A stretch of 64,000 nt of DNA from Minisyncoccota bacterium (lineage in GTDB: Bacteria; Patescibacteriota; Minisyncoccia; Phycocordibacterales; UBA2100), in contig DASSSZ010000001.1 of NCBI GenBank assembly GCA_035708165.1, positions 165,814-229,813 of the forward strand. The letters run 5' to 3'. How positions within the stretch are numbered: position 1 is the stretch's first letter; every line of letters starts with the position of its first letter. The notes beneath the pieces are model-generated. The model worked only from the letters and a program-made list of their open reading frames with translations. It searched no databases and was not told where the DNA came from. Positions 8,045 through 17,782 of the stretch are shown in pieces. The position numbers were made by a program, and so were the translations under genes.

Positions 8045-9859
8045 CTAGTCTGCCACCTCCTCGGTGCTGCTGGCCTCACCCACGTACTGCGGCTCCGTCG
8101 CCGCGAGCCACTGGAAGAACGGGTACATGGCAGGCGCTGCCCCGGAGAGCGTACCTGCGGGCGCATGCTCGAGCACTACCGCGAATGCGTAGCGCGGGTG
8201 ATCGTACGGCCAGAAGCCGACTGCCCATGCGTTCATCCACTCGTTATGCAAGCCGAGCTGCGCGGTACCCGTCTTCCCTGCCACTTGCACCCACGGATTG
8301 TTCATCGAGGCTGCAGCGCCGCGCGGGTCGGTCACCGAGAGCCGCATGCCTTCGCGCGCGATCTCCATGTTCTGAGGCGGGATATCGAGGTGCGAGCTCT
8401 GGATCGGCGCATCCTTGGTGATCTGCGGCGTGAGCAAGGTGCCGCCGTTGGCGAGCGCGGCGACCGCGCGTACCGCCTGCAGGGGCGTCACCTGCGTGCC
8501 GTATTGGCCGATCGAGGAGATGTAGGTGTCGCCGAGCCGCCACGGTTGCCCATCGAAATTCGCCGCCTTCCACGCCGGGCTCGAGAGCGTTCCGGCGAGC
8601 TCGTTCGGGAAGATGCTGCCGGTCGTCGAGCCGAATCCGAACATATGGAGGTACTTATTGATATTGTCGATGCCCATGCCCGGCTGATCCTTGTAGCCGC
8701 CGCCGATCTCATAGAAGAAGACGTCCGAGGAGTACGCGATGCCATGGCGGACGTCCATCCATCCCTGGTAGCGCCAGTCGTGATAGACATAGGGGTGCGT
8801 GGGATCGTACGGATTATCCACCGAGATGGAGCCATCAGAGTAGATCTGCGTCGTGGGCGTGATGACGCCTTCCGTGAGAGCGCCGGTCGCGATGAACGGC
8901 TTCACGATCGAACCCGGCGTGTAGGCGCCGGCGACCGCGCGGAAGAGGAAGGGGCTTTCCGGGTCCGCGTTATAGCTCGCGATCGCGGCTGCGTCGCCGT
9001 CGGTCATGGCCTGCGGTGCGTACTCGGGGAAGCTCGTGATCGCGACGATCTTGCCAGTGCGCACGTCCATGATGACCGCTGCCCCGCCTTCGAAGCCGTT
9101 ATCCTGCGCATGCTGGCTGAGGATCTGGAAGAGTTTGGATTGCATCTTGGCATCGATGCTGAGCGTGACATCGGCGCCATCCACCGGCGGCTCCACGATA
9201 TGCTGGCGCGTGACGTTCCCGAGCGCGTCCTTCTCGAGGATCTCGCTGCCGTTCGTTCCGGAGAGCGCGCCATCGAAGAGCTTCTCCGCGCCCGCGACGC
9301 CCGAGAGCGCCGTGCTCCACCAGTTGCCGCTCGCGTCCTGCTGCGGGTAGCGCACGTAGCCGAGCAGGAGCCCGAGGCCGGGCAGGCTCGTATACCGGCG
9401 GCTCGCGTACGGAGTGGACGTCCCCTGCGCCGGCTCGTTCCAGGCGAGCTCGACGCCGTTCGTATCGTAGATGACGCCGCGCTGCGCGAAGATGAGCGAG
9501 CGCGAGAGCGAATTGTTCGCCGCTGCCGCCGCGTACTGCGCGCCCTCCACGACCTCGAGGTCGTATGCGCGGAAACCGAAGATGCCCACGACGAGCACGA
9601 AGAGGACGCCTGCCGTGACGATGCCGAAGCGCGAGACCGGGCGCTCTACCCTGCCCTCGAGCTGCGCCGGATCGAGCGATGGAAGGTTCGAGGAATCGAG
9701 GAAGATCTCATCCGGTTCGATCTCGACCTCGGCCGTGCCGGTGCGCAGGACCGCCGAGCGTCCCCGCCTGTTCCGCCATTGCCGCGCGAACCAATTCATC
9801 AGGCGCATTCTACCATTTCGCCTTCCTGCCTGCCTGAGGCAAAAATAACGGCCGAGCAC
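8045..9859 (-). CDS. mrdA: Penicillin-binding protein 2 (class B transpeptidase); probable true start at MRLMNWFAR (9808)
   Basis: N-terminal TM, PBP dimerisation region, SIVKPF (SxxK), SSD, KTGTA motifs. Located downstream of mreBCD. Confidence 0.85.
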   Translation of the reverse strand: MLGRYFCLRQAGRRNGRMRLMNWFARQWRNRRGRSAVLRTGTAEVEIEPDEIFLDSSNLPSLDPAQLEGRVERPVSRFGIVTAGVLFVLVVGIFGFRAYDLEVVEGAQYAAAAANNSLSRSLIFAQRGVIYDTNGVELAWNEPAQGTSTPYASRRYTSLPGLGLLLGYVRYPQQDASGNWWSTALSGVAGAEKLFDGALSGTNGSEILEKDALGNVTRQHIVEPPVDGADVTLSIDAKMQSKLFQILSQHAQDNGFEGGAAVIMDVRTGKIVAITSFPEYAPQAMTDGDAAAIASYNADPESPFLFRAVAGAYTPGSIVKPFIATGALTEGVITPTTQIYSDGSISVDNPYDPTHPYVYHDWRYQGWMDVRHGIAYSSDVFFYEIGGGYKDQPGMGIDNINKYLHMFGFGSTTGSIFPNELAGTLSSPAWKAANFDGQPWRLGDTYISSIGQYGTQVTPLQAVRAVAALANGGTLLTPQITKDAPIQSSHLDIPPQNMEIAREGMRLSVTDPRGAAASMNNPWVQVAGKTGTAQLGLHNEWMNAWAVGFWPYDHPRYAFAVVLEHAPAGTLSGAAPAMYPFFQWLAATEPQYVGEASSTEEVAD

Positions 9860-10070
9860 TGCTGCCCGGCCGGGAATGGGATCACCTCCTTTCGTGTGAA
9901 TCGGAAGGTGTTCTCACTCGCTCTCTCCTGAACTGTTGCGGATAGCAGCTCACAGGCTGCACCCTCAGCATACTCTCGAGCGCATGCCCCGCAAGCGCGA
10001 GGGCGTGCATAAGTGAAGCCGGGCAGCAGCGCTGCCCGGCTTGATCGGATCTGGAATCGGAAAAGGATGC

Positions 10071-10430
10071 TCAGGCGACCTGCAGCTCCCGGATCCGCGC
10101 ATACCCCATGAGCAGTGCACGCCAGGCGGCCGTGAGCTGCTGGTACTCCGCCATGACAGCCGGATCCGTATTCTTCCGACGATCGCGTACGCGGGCGAAG
10201 GCCATGAAGCCATGCTCCGCGGAGCGCATGTGGGACCGATCGCCCCCGACGAAGAGGCTATGATGCCCCGTCTTGTAGGACCCGAACAGCAGGCCGAGCG
10301 TGCACGAATCGTCGTATGCGATATTGAGCGAGCGGACCCGCGCACAGAGCCTGTCCATCGATCCGGGGTACTGCTCCTCCAAGAGGTGCGCGCCGCGCGC
10401 GACACGCGACAGCACATCATTCGTTTGCAT
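10071..10430 (-). CDS. Hypothetical cytoplasmic protein (~120 aa) inserted between mreD-like gene and mrdA
   Basis: Protein-like composition: MQTNDVLSRVARGAHLLEEQYPGSMDRL...AEYQQLTAAWRALLMGYARIRELQVA. No family recognised. The overlapping 160-aa ORF 9965..10447 in another frame is Arg/Ser junk. Confidence 0.35.
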   Translation of the reverse strand: MQTNDVLSRVARGAHLLEEQYPGSMDRLCARVRSLNIAYDDSCTLGLLFGSYKTGHHSLFVGGDRSHMRSAEHGFMAFARVRDRRKNTDPAVMAEYQQLTAAWRALLMGYARIRELQVA

Positions 10431-10532
10431 CCTGCTCTCCTTGGCAAGCTCCGCGCGCCCTGCGCGCGCGGACTTCCTATACCATACGGCCTTTCGGGCC
10501 GCCGTCAACGCCCACCCTCGGAGCGCCGCGGA

Positions 10533-10790
10533 TCAGCGCCCTACGGCAAGACGATTCCTGATCGGGATCATGAGCCAGACGATCGCGATCGCAAGCAGCG
10601 TGGCCGGCATCGGGATATGCCAGAGCCCTTCGGGCGGCAGGTAAAGCATATCCACGAGCACCCCGAGGAAGATGACTTCCCATGCCTCCCAGCCGATCGC
10701 GAGCACGAGGGCGAGGATGGCCGTCAGCCATACCGAGGCGAAGAGCGCGCTCGCGAAAGCGGCGATGGCGAGCAGGACGCGAAGTATCAT
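10533..10790 (-). CDS. Small polytopic membrane protein in the MreD position (possible truncated MreD)
   Basis: 85 aa, 2-3 hydrophobic helices. Sits immediately downstream of mreC with a 4-nt overlap. Confidence 0.35.
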   Translation of the reverse strand: MILRVLLAIAAFASALFASVWLTAILALVLAIGWEAWEVIFLGVLVDMLYLPPEGLWHIPMPATLLAIAIVWLMIPIRNRLAVGR

Positions 10791-11578
10791 AGGCCGGACG
10801 GCACGACCGAGACGAACGGAAGGCTGCTCAGATTGAGCGGCACGCGCAGGTAGACGGTCTTCTCCGCATCAGACGGATCGGACTCGATATCGCCCACTGT
10901 GCCGATGATCGCCTGCTTGGCGCCGTAGTAGACCGGGTCGCCGACGGAAAGCGGCGTATCGCGCGGGATGCGCATGACGCCATTGCCGCCGCCGCGGCCG
11001 GTCACGCTCGCCGTCGTCGAGGTGCCGACGAGGCCGGTGGTCTGCCGCCCGGGCGAAAGGAAGATATCCACGAGCGCCGTATGCGCCTGCGCGTCCGAGA
11101 CGACGCCGAGGAGCACATCGCCCGGCGCCTCGACGAACGCGCCCTTGAAGACGCCGTCAGACGTGCCGCCGCCGATCACGAACGTGCCGTACGGCGATGC
11201 GCTCTCGTTCGAGAGCACGGGCACCGTGATGCGACCTGAGGATGAAGCAGTGGCGTCGGCGAGCGACCGCAGCGATGCGTTCTGCTCCGCGAGCAGGCGG
11301 TTCTCCGTCGCGAGCGACTGGAGATCCGCGACCTGCGCGCGCAGCGCGATATTCTCCTCCGCAAGGCGCGCCTTGCTGGCGAAGAGGCCCGACGCATCGA
11401 GCGCCGAGGCGGCGCTCGCGACGCCGCCCCAAGCCGCGCCTGCGCCGGCGCGCACGAGCGCTTTGCCCGGGCCGCCGAGGAGCGCATCGAGCGCGACCGC
11501 GGCGATCGCGATGATGCTCACGATGAGGAGGCCGCGCGGCGCCTGCCCGCGGCTATTGCGTCGGGACGAAATCATCAT
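10787..11578 (-). CDS. mreC: Rod shape-determining protein MreC
   Basis: N-terminal TM, coiled coil (LAEENIALRAQVADLQSLATENRLLAEQN), and beta-rich C-terminal domain. Overlaps the mreB stop. Confidence 0.8.
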   Translation of the reverse strand: MMISSRRNSRGQAPRGLLIVSIIAIAAVALDALLGGPGKALVRAGAGAAWGGVASAASALDASGLFASKARLAEENIALRAQVADLQSLATENRLLAEQNASLRSLADATASSSGRITVPVLSNESASPYGTFVIGGGTSDGVFKGAFVEAPGDVLLGVVSDAQAHTALVDIFLSPGRQTTGLVGTSTTASVTGRGGGNGVMRIPRDTPLSVGDPVYYGAKQAIIGTVGDIESDPSDAEKTVYLRVPLNLSSLPFVSVVPSGL

Positions 11579-12632
11579 CTGCCGTGAGGAGCGCTTCCTG
11601 GTAAAGCTCGATATCGTCGAGCACGAAGCCGGTGCCGCGCACCACGGCAGTCAGCGGGTCGGGCGCGACGCGCGCCGGGACGCCGAGGGATTGCGTGAGG
11701 AGCTCGGGAAGGCCGCGCAGCAGGGCGCCGCCGCCGGTGAGATGGATGCCATCGCGCATGACGTCGCCCAGCACTTCCGGCGGCGTGGTCTCCACGACCT
11801 CCTTCACCGCCTCGACGAGCTCGTCCACGGTGTGGCCGATCGCGTTCCGGATATCGGCATCCGTCACGAGGACTTCGCGCGGGAGCCCGGTCACCAGGTC
11901 GCGCCCGCGCACGAGCGTATCGAGCTGCTCCTCGACAGGCAGGACCGACCCTACGGCGAGCTTGAGATCCTCCGCCGTCCGTTCGCCGATGAGGATCTTG
12001 TGCTCGCTCCTGATGAACGAGCTGATGTCGGCGTTGAAGCGGTCGCCCGCGACCTTCACGTTGCGGGAATTCACGATGCCGCCGAGGCTGATGACGCCGA
12101 TGTTCGCCGTGCCGCCGCCGATATCGATGATCATGCTGCCGGACGGCTTCTGGACCGGGAGCCGGATGCCGATCGCGGCCGCCATCGGTTCCTCGATCAC
12201 GTGCACCTCGCGCGCACCGGCGTTCTTCGCCACGTCGCGCACCGCGCGCACCTCGACGGAGGTCACGCCGGACGGCACGCCGATCACGACGCGCGGGCCG
12301 AGGAAGCGGCGCTGCGCGCCCTGCGCCTTGTTGAGGAGGTATGCGAGCATCTCTTCCGTCACTTCGAAATCGGAGATGACGCCGTCCACGAGCGGCTGCA
12401 CCGCGGTGATGTGCGCTGGCGTGCGGCCGAGCATCTCCTTGGCCTGCATGCCGACGGCCACCACCTGGCCGGTCTTCTGGTTCACCGCGACGATGGACGG
12501 CTCGTTGATGACGATGCCGCGACCTTTGACGTACACGAGCGTATTCGCCGTCCCGAGATCGATGCCGATATCGTGCGAGACGAGGCCCGTCATGCGGCCG
12601 AACGATTGCGTGAGTGCGTCGGTGATAGCCAT
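11553..12632 (-). CDS. mreB: Rod shape-determining actin homolog MreB
   Basis: IGIDLGTANTLVYV, DIGGGTANIG, LTGGGALLRGL: canonical MreB motifs. 359 aa. Confidence 0.9.
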   Translation of the reverse strand: MAITDALTQSFGRMTGLVSHDIGIDLGTANTLVYVKGRGIVINEPSIVAVNQKTGQVVAVGMQAKEMLGRTPAHITAVQPLVDGVISDFEVTEEMLAYLLNKAQGAQRRFLGPRVVIGVPSGVTSVEVRAVRDVAKNAGAREVHVIEEPMAAAIGIRLPVQKPSGSMIIDIGGGTANIGVISLGGIVNSRNVKVAGDRFNADISSFIRSEHKILIGERTAEDLKLAVGSVLPVEEQLDTLVRGRDLVTGLPREVLVTDADIRNAIGHTVDELVEAVKEVVETTPPEVLGDVMRDGIHLTGGGALLRGLPELLTQSLGVPARVAPDPLTAVVRGTGFVLDDIELYQEALLTADDDFVPTQ

Positions 12633-12636
12633 GCGG

Positions 12637-13896
12637 TTATGCGTTCTGCTCGACGAACTCCAGGAGCTCGCTCTCCGGCACGATGCGGGTGCTGCCGCTT
12701 TGGCGCTCGGTCGCCTCGACCCCGCCCTGCTGCATCGACTTCTCGCTGATGACGAGGCGTAGCGGGATGCCGATCAGGTCCGCGTCGGCGAACTTCTCGC
12801 CCGGGCGCAGGTCGCGGTCATCGAAGAGGACCTCGATGCCGCGGTTCGAGAGCTCGTCATAGACATGCTCGGCCTCCTTCGTGACCTCCTCGTTCCCGTT
12901 CGCGAGCGCGAGGAGATGCACGGCATAGGGCGCGATGCCCTTCGGCCACACGATCCCCTTCTCGTCCGCAAGCGCCTCGACGATGGTCCCCATCACGCGC
13001 GAGGGCCCGATGCCGTAGCAGCCCATCACGACCGGCTGCATCTCTCCTGCTTCATCCTTGTACGTGAGACCCAAGGCCTCCGAGAAGCGCGTGCCGAGGT
13101 GGAAGATGTTGCCGACTTCGACCGCCTTCCTCTCCACGAGCTCATCCTTCGCGAGCCCGAGCTTCGCGAGGTTCTCGTCGTCATAGACCTCCTTGTTGAC
13201 CGCGACCTTCTTCCCTTCGTGCACGTAGATCACGTCTTCGCCCGCGTCGGTCAGGGTCTGGAATTCCTCGGAGAAGTCGCTGAAGATGCCGCCGGCAGCG
13301 AAGGTCGGGTATGTGAGGCTCCCGAGCCCCAGCCGATCGAAGACGCGCACGTACGCCGCACGCACCTTCGCGTAATCCTCCTCATGCTGCGCGACGTCCT
13401 TCGAGAAGGTGTACATGTCTTTCATCAGGAACTCCTTGCCCCGCATGATGCCGCTCTTGGCGCGCAGCTCGTTGCGGAACTTGGTCTGGAACTGGTACGC
13501 GAAGACCGGCAGGTCGCGATACGACGCGATGTGCTCGGTCATGATGCGCGTCAGCGGCTCCTCGTGCGTGATGCCGAGGCCCGTCTCGCCGCCTGACTTG
13601 AGCGTCGTCTTGAACCAGTTGTCCACCTTCTCGTCATCCCAGCGATCGGTGCGGCTCCAGAGCTCCTTGTCCTGCAGCGCGCTCATGGCGAGCTCCTGGC
13701 CGCCGATGCCGTCCATCTCCTCGCGGATGATCTGCACGATCTTCTGGAGCGTGCGCAGGCCGAGCGGCAGGAACGAGTACACGCCGGCCATCTCCTTGTG
13801 GATGAACCCTGCCCGCGTGAGGAGCTGCGCGTTCTTCGCCACCTCGTCTGCCGGGGCATCCCGGCGCGTCTTCGTGAAGAGGAGCGATTGCCGCAT
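12637..13896 (-). CDS. proS: Prolyl-tRNA synthetase, short form lacking the INS editing domain (start at MRQSLLFTKTRR)
   Basis: Class II motifs and anticodon-binding domain. ~419 aa. The track ORF extends 43 codons upstream to 14025. Confidence 0.8.
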   Translation of the reverse strand: MRQSLLFTKTRRDAPADEVAKNAQLLTRAGFIHKEMAGVYSFLPLGLRTLQKIVQIIREEMDGIGGQELAMSALQDKELWSRTDRWDDEKVDNWFKTTLKSGGETGLGITHEEPLTRIMTEHIASYRDLPVFAYQFQTKFRNELRAKSGIMRGKEFLMKDMYTFSKDVAQHEEDYAKVRAAYVRVFDRLGLGSLTYPTFAAGGIFSDFSEEFQTLTDAGEDVIYVHEGKKVAVNKEVYDDENLAKLGLAKDELVERKAVEVGNIFHLGTRFSEALGLTYKDEAGEMQPVVMGCYGIGPSRVMGTIVEALADEKGIVWPKGIAPYAVHLLALANGNEEVTKEAEHVYDELSNRGIEVLFDDRDLRPGEKFADADLIGIPLRLVISEKSMQQGGVEATERQSGSTRIVPESELLEFVEQNA

Positions 13897-14031
13897 AGTG
13901 CTGCAATAATACCCGACTGCCGGGTGCGCGGCAAAAAATCCCGGTACCGCAATGCATTCCTGCCGCTGTCGAGGGCAGCAAAAGCCCCGGCGCGTACGCC
14001 GGGGCTCGGATAAGGAGGGCTGCATGCGCAG

Positions 14032-14679
14032 CTATGGCCGCGAGAGCATCGAGACGCCGATCGCGCCGACGCGCGCATCGCGCGAGCCGCCGCAGGCGGA
14101 CAGGACGGGCCTGCCGACATACGACGATCGCGAGAACGCGATATGACAGGCATCGTTCATCGCATCTGCCGCACGGACGCTCATGCCGGTCTCGCTCGAT
14201 GGCAGGATGTCGATGCCGTAGAGCTGCTGGAATACCAGCACCGCAGCGAAGAGCTCGGACGGCGTTGCGATGCGTGCCGGCATCGGCCGCGCCGCGAACG
14301 ATTCCTGCTGCTCCGCGATCGTGCGCCCGAACGTATACGGATTGGCGCCGAGATCGATGACACCCCACCCCTTGCACGTGATCGGGAACTGCTCGCCGGG
14401 GACGAGCCCGCCGACGGATGCGTACTTCTGGTAATACGCTTTGGCGAAGACGAAACCTGCCGCATCGAAATCGATCAAGGCGTAGGTGCCGGTGCTGGCA
14501 CAGAGCTCGATCAGGTCGCGGTTTGCGTCGCTCTCAACTTCTCGGGGCAGGCGCCCTGAGGAATGGACAGCAACGCGGAAATCATCGCCTGCGTACGCGA
14601 CTGGCTGCGGTCGCGGGACCGAAAGCAGCTTCGCGAAAGTCTTGGCAAACGGGATGGACATGGCGAGTGGCCCTGACAT
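14032..14679 (-). CDS. Hypothetical protein (215 aa) immediately upstream of proS
   Basis: Uninterrupted protein-like ORF (..GTYALIDFDAAGFVFAKAYYQKYASVGGLVPGEQFPITCKGWGVIDLGANPYTFG..). No family recognised. Confidence 0.4.
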   Translation of the reverse strand: MSGPLAMSIPFAKTFAKLLSVPRPQPVAYAGDDFRVAVHSSGRLPREVESDANRDLIELCASTGTYALIDFDAAGFVFAKAYYQKYASVGGLVPGEQFPITCKGWGVIDLGANPYTFGRTIAEQQESFAARPMPARIATPSELFAAVLVFQQLYGIDILPSSETGMSVRAADAMNDACHIAFSRSSYVGRPVLSACGGSRDARVGAIGVSMLSRP

Positions 14680-14819
14680 GCCCCTTCTCCTCTTCTGGTG
14701 GTTAGTGGAACTGGCCTTCGCGGACTATACAACTGGTCTTTGGATTATGCAAATCCGCCGAAAACTGTGGATTACTGCCGAAATTCGGCCTTCCGGGGCC
14801 GTCCTCCCTCTCTGGGGGC

Positions 14820-15917
14820 CTACCCCAGCAGATGGACGATATCGTGGTACGTCACCACGACCATGAGGACGATGATGAGCGCGAAGCCGATCAGGTTGAG
14901 CGTCTGAGCCACGAGGCTCGGGATGCGGCGGCGCGTGAGCGCCTCGTACGCGACGAACAGGAGCCTGCCGCCGTCGAACGCCGGGATCGGGATCAGGTTC
15001 ACGATCGCGAGATTGAGCGAGATGAATGCCGCAAGCCCCAGGATCTGCCCTGCGCCGTAGCCTGCGGTCTGGTCCACGATCGAGATGAGCCCGACCGGCC
15101 CGACAACCTCCGAAAGGTCGGCATGCCAGAAGAGCGCGTCGTGCAGGAGCCCGAGGATGCCGCTCCCCACTTGCGAGAGGATGTCGCCCGTACGCAAGCT
15201 CGCCTCGCGCAGCGCGCCCCAGAAATCGATGTGCGTCTCGGACACCAGCGCGAGCGCGACCCCGAGCGCCGGCCTGCCGGACTGATCCGCGAGGACCGCA
15301 TGCGCCGGGATCACCGGGACCGTGCTCGTGGCATCCTTGCGGATGTACGTGATGTCTATCTTCTGGCCGCCATGATCTTCCACGTACGCGACCATCGCCG
15401 ACGGCGTGAGCGTAAGCAGCGACGACCCCGATGCGTCGGTGACGGCGATGATCTCATCCCCCGTCTCGAAGCCGGCCGCATCCGCCGGGCTTCCCGGCAG
15501 GACGCCATTGACGACGAGGTGCGCTCCCGGCGTCCCCTCCGCGACCGAGGTCGGCAGGCCGTTCATGAATCCGGCCACGTAGAGCCCCCACCCGATCGCG
15601 ACATTCATCGCGACGCCTGCGACGAGGATCGCTGCCTGCGCCCACAGCGGCGCGCTCATGATGCTATGCCAGCGCTGGCGCCCCTTCAGCTCCTCGTGCT
15701 CGTGCTCCTCGCCGTACAGCCGGACGAAGCCGCCGAACGGCAGCCAGTTGATGGTGTACTCGGTGCCGCCCCAGCGGCCGAGCTTGAACGCGCGCGGCGG
15801 ATAGCCGATCCCGAATTCGACGACGCGCACGCCGAGGAGCTTCGCTGCGACGAAGTGCCCGAGCTCATGCCCCACAATGAGGACCACGAGGATGAGGATG
15901 ACAAGGAGCGCAGTCAT
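14820..15917 (-). CDS. rseP: Site-2 protease RseP (M50 zinc metalloprotease with PDZ domain)
   Basis: HELGH zinc motif in the first TM, PDZ segment (VVNGVLPGSPADAAGFETGDEII), C-terminal LDGG-type motif. Confidence 0.85.
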   Translation of the reverse strand: MTALLVILILVVLIVGHELGHFVAAKLLGVRVVEFGIGYPPRAFKLGRWGGTEYTINWLPFGGFVRLYGEEHEHEELKGRQRWHSIMSAPLWAQAAILVAGVAMNVAIGWGLYVAGFMNGLPTSVAEGTPGAHLVVNGVLPGSPADAAGFETGDEIIAVTDASGSSLLTLTPSAMVAYVEDHGGQKIDITYIRKDATSTVPVIPAHAVLADQSGRPALGVALALVSETHIDFWGALREASLRTGDILSQVGSGILGLLHDALFWHADLSEVVGPVGLISIVDQTAGYGAGQILGLAAFISLNLAIVNLIPIPAFDGGRLLFVAYEALTRRRIPSLVAQTLNLIGFALIIVLMVVVTYHDIVHLLG

Positions 15918-15975
15918 GCGATAAGGATACCCGCTCCGGCCGGATTGCCGTACGCGAGCGCGTGGATAAGGCGCG

Positions 15976-16530
15976 TCACTTCTCGAGGATCTCGGCTTCC
16001 TTCGCCATGAACAGGCTCTCGAGCTCGCCGTGGATCGCGTCCACCTTCTTCTGCAATTCGTCCTTGAAGTAGTAGCGGTCGTCCTCGGTCATCTCCCCGG
16101 CCTTCTCCTGGTTCTGGATATCCTCCCAGACATCCTCGCGGGCCTGCTTCACTGCCGTGCGCGCTTCCTCCAGCTTCTGCTTGGCGAGCCTCACGAACTC
16201 CGTCCGGCGCTCGCTGGTGAGCTCAGGGAACGAGACGCGCACGCCAGTCGCGTCCGACGAGATGCCGACGCCGAGATCGGCGTTCGTCACCGCCTTCTCG
16301 ACTTCCTTCACGAGCGAGGCGTCCCACGGCGCGACGCGCAGCGTCCGCGCGTCCTCGACCGTGATGGAGCCGAGCTGGCGCAGCGGGGTCACGGAGCCGT
16401 ATGCGCTCACGGAGACGCCATCGAGAAGCGCCGGATTCGCGCGCCCGGTGCGCAGGCCCTGGTATTCGCGCGCGAGCCACTCGCGGGTCTCGCGCGCCTT
16501 GGTGTCGAACGGTGAGAAGTCGTATGCCAT
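15976..16530 (-). CDS. frr: Ribosome recycling factor (start at MAYDFSPFD)
   Basis: 185 aa. LRTGRANPALLDGVSVSAYGSVTPLRQLGSITVEDARTL is typical of Frr. Confidence 0.9.
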   Translation of the reverse strand: MAYDFSPFDTKARETREWLAREYQGLRTGRANPALLDGVSVSAYGSVTPLRQLGSITVEDARTLRVAPWDASLVKEVEKAVTNADLGVGISSDATGVRVSFPELTSERRTEFVRLAKQKLEEARTAVKQAREDVWEDIQNQEKAGEMTEDDRYYFKDELQKKVDAIHGELESLFMAKEAEILEK

Positions 16531-16604
16531 ATGCGGCCAGTGTAGCAGTCCTGTCGCGTTCATGCACACCGTACCTGCCGGCGCATGAGGCTTCTATGAG
16601 AAGC

Positions 16605-17276
16605 CTAGGCCGGAGGCGCGAGGAGCGCGACCTGCTCGAGCAGGGGCTTCAGGAGCGCCCCTTTGTCGAGCGCGTAGGACCGCGCGCGGTATACCGCCTC
16701 GAGACCTTCGCGCGCATCGCGCTTCGCGATCCTTGGCGCGAGCTCCTGCTCGAGCCCGATCAGGAATGCGATCACCTCGCCGATACGCCGTTCCTTCAGC
16801 AGAGGCTCGAGCAGCTTGAGGCGCGCCGCAGGCGACGCCTTGAGGAACGCTGCGGGCGCGAGCGGAAGATCGCTCGCTGCGCTCGCCGGAAGCGGCAGGA
16901 GCGCGAGGCGCGAGCGCAGGGTCGGCAGGAGCGCGTCGAAGGATGGCGTGATCAGGAAGAACGTCACCGGCGCGGCGGGCTCCTCGAAGGTCTTCAGGAG
17001 CGCATTCTGCGCCTCGGCTGTGAGCGACGGCGCGGTGAGCACGATGATGCCGCGCGGGGCGACGAGCGGCTTCACCGCGGCGCGCTGCGCGACTTCCCTG
17101 CTCTCACCGATGCCGAAGCTCTCGTAGGTGCGCACGTACGCGTCCGGGTGCCCTTCATGCGAGAACCCGATCGCGGCGAGGTGCGCGAGGAGGCTATCGC
17201 GCGCGTCCTGCGCCCCCTCGATCGCATAGGCATGCGAGAGCGTCTCGATGCTCGGCAAGAGGTCCGCAAGCGTCAT
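16605..17276 (-). CDS. holB: DNA polymerase III delta'-like clamp-loader subunit with degenerate P-loop (start at MTLADLLPSI)
   Basis: HAYAIEG, EAQNALLKTFEEP, TLRSR sensor motifs. No intact Walker A. Confidence 0.6.
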   Translation of the reverse strand: MTLADLLPSIETLSHAYAIEGAQDARDSLLAHLAAIGFSHEGHPDAYVRTYESFGIGESREVAQRAAVKPLVAPRGIIVLTAPSLTAEAQNALLKTFEEPAAPVTFFLITPSFDALLPTLRSRLALLPLPASAASDLPLAPAAFLKASPAARLKLLEPLLKERRIGEVIAFLIGLEQELAPRIAKRDAREGLEAVYRARSYALDKGALLKPLLEQVALLAPPA

Positions 17277-17350
17277 GCCGGCAGTATACCGCAGGCGCAT
17301 GGCCAAAGCGTGAGGCCCGCGACATGCGTCGCGGGCCTCGGTCGGGTCCC

Positions 17351-17686
17351 TTAGGGAAGGTTCCCGCATGCCGTGCTCTTCGTCTCATACCGGCTGCACA
17401 GGATCTCCTGCAGGAGCGCGAGCTTCGGGTGCGATCGGGTCGCTGCCGCGATCGCCTCGAACGAGTCGGGGATCAGGATCCCCGCCGCCGCGACGCTCGT
17501 CGCTTCCCCGGCTCCTGCCGATACGCCGAATATGCCGGAGCTGATGCAGGCGCCCGCGACAGAGCCGCTGACCGCGAGCGCGGCCGCCACCCCGATCGCG
17601 ATGAGCACAGGACGCCGGCGGCGCGGCAATCCAGGGTCTGGCTGCGGGGGCTGCCCTGAGCGGAACCCCGATTCGACGAACATCAT
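17351..17686 (-). CDS. Small hypothetical membrane/secreted protein
   Basis: One hydrophobic helix (PVLIAIGVAAALAVSGSVAGA). Fills the gap between holB and the mreB paralog. Weak support. Confidence 0.25.
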   Translation of the reverse strand: MMFVESGFRSGQPPQPDPGLPRRRRPVLIAIGVAAALAVSGSVAGACISSGIFGVSAGAGEATSVAAAGILIPDSFEAIAAATRSHPKLALLQEILCSRYETKSTACGNLP

Positions 17687-17782
17687 TGCCTCCTTCGTCC
17701 GTCTGACTGCACTCCACCATGCGGCACGGCGGCGAGTCCGTCAATATCGCTTTCCCAACGGACGACGGCGCGAGGAGCGCTG

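Noticed and set aside
9965-10447. 160-aa minus ORF overlapping 10071..10508 in a different frame
   Set aside because: Its Ser/Arg/Cys/Trp-rich composition looks non-protein-like. The alternative frame gives a balanced sequence and was kept instead, still at low confidence.
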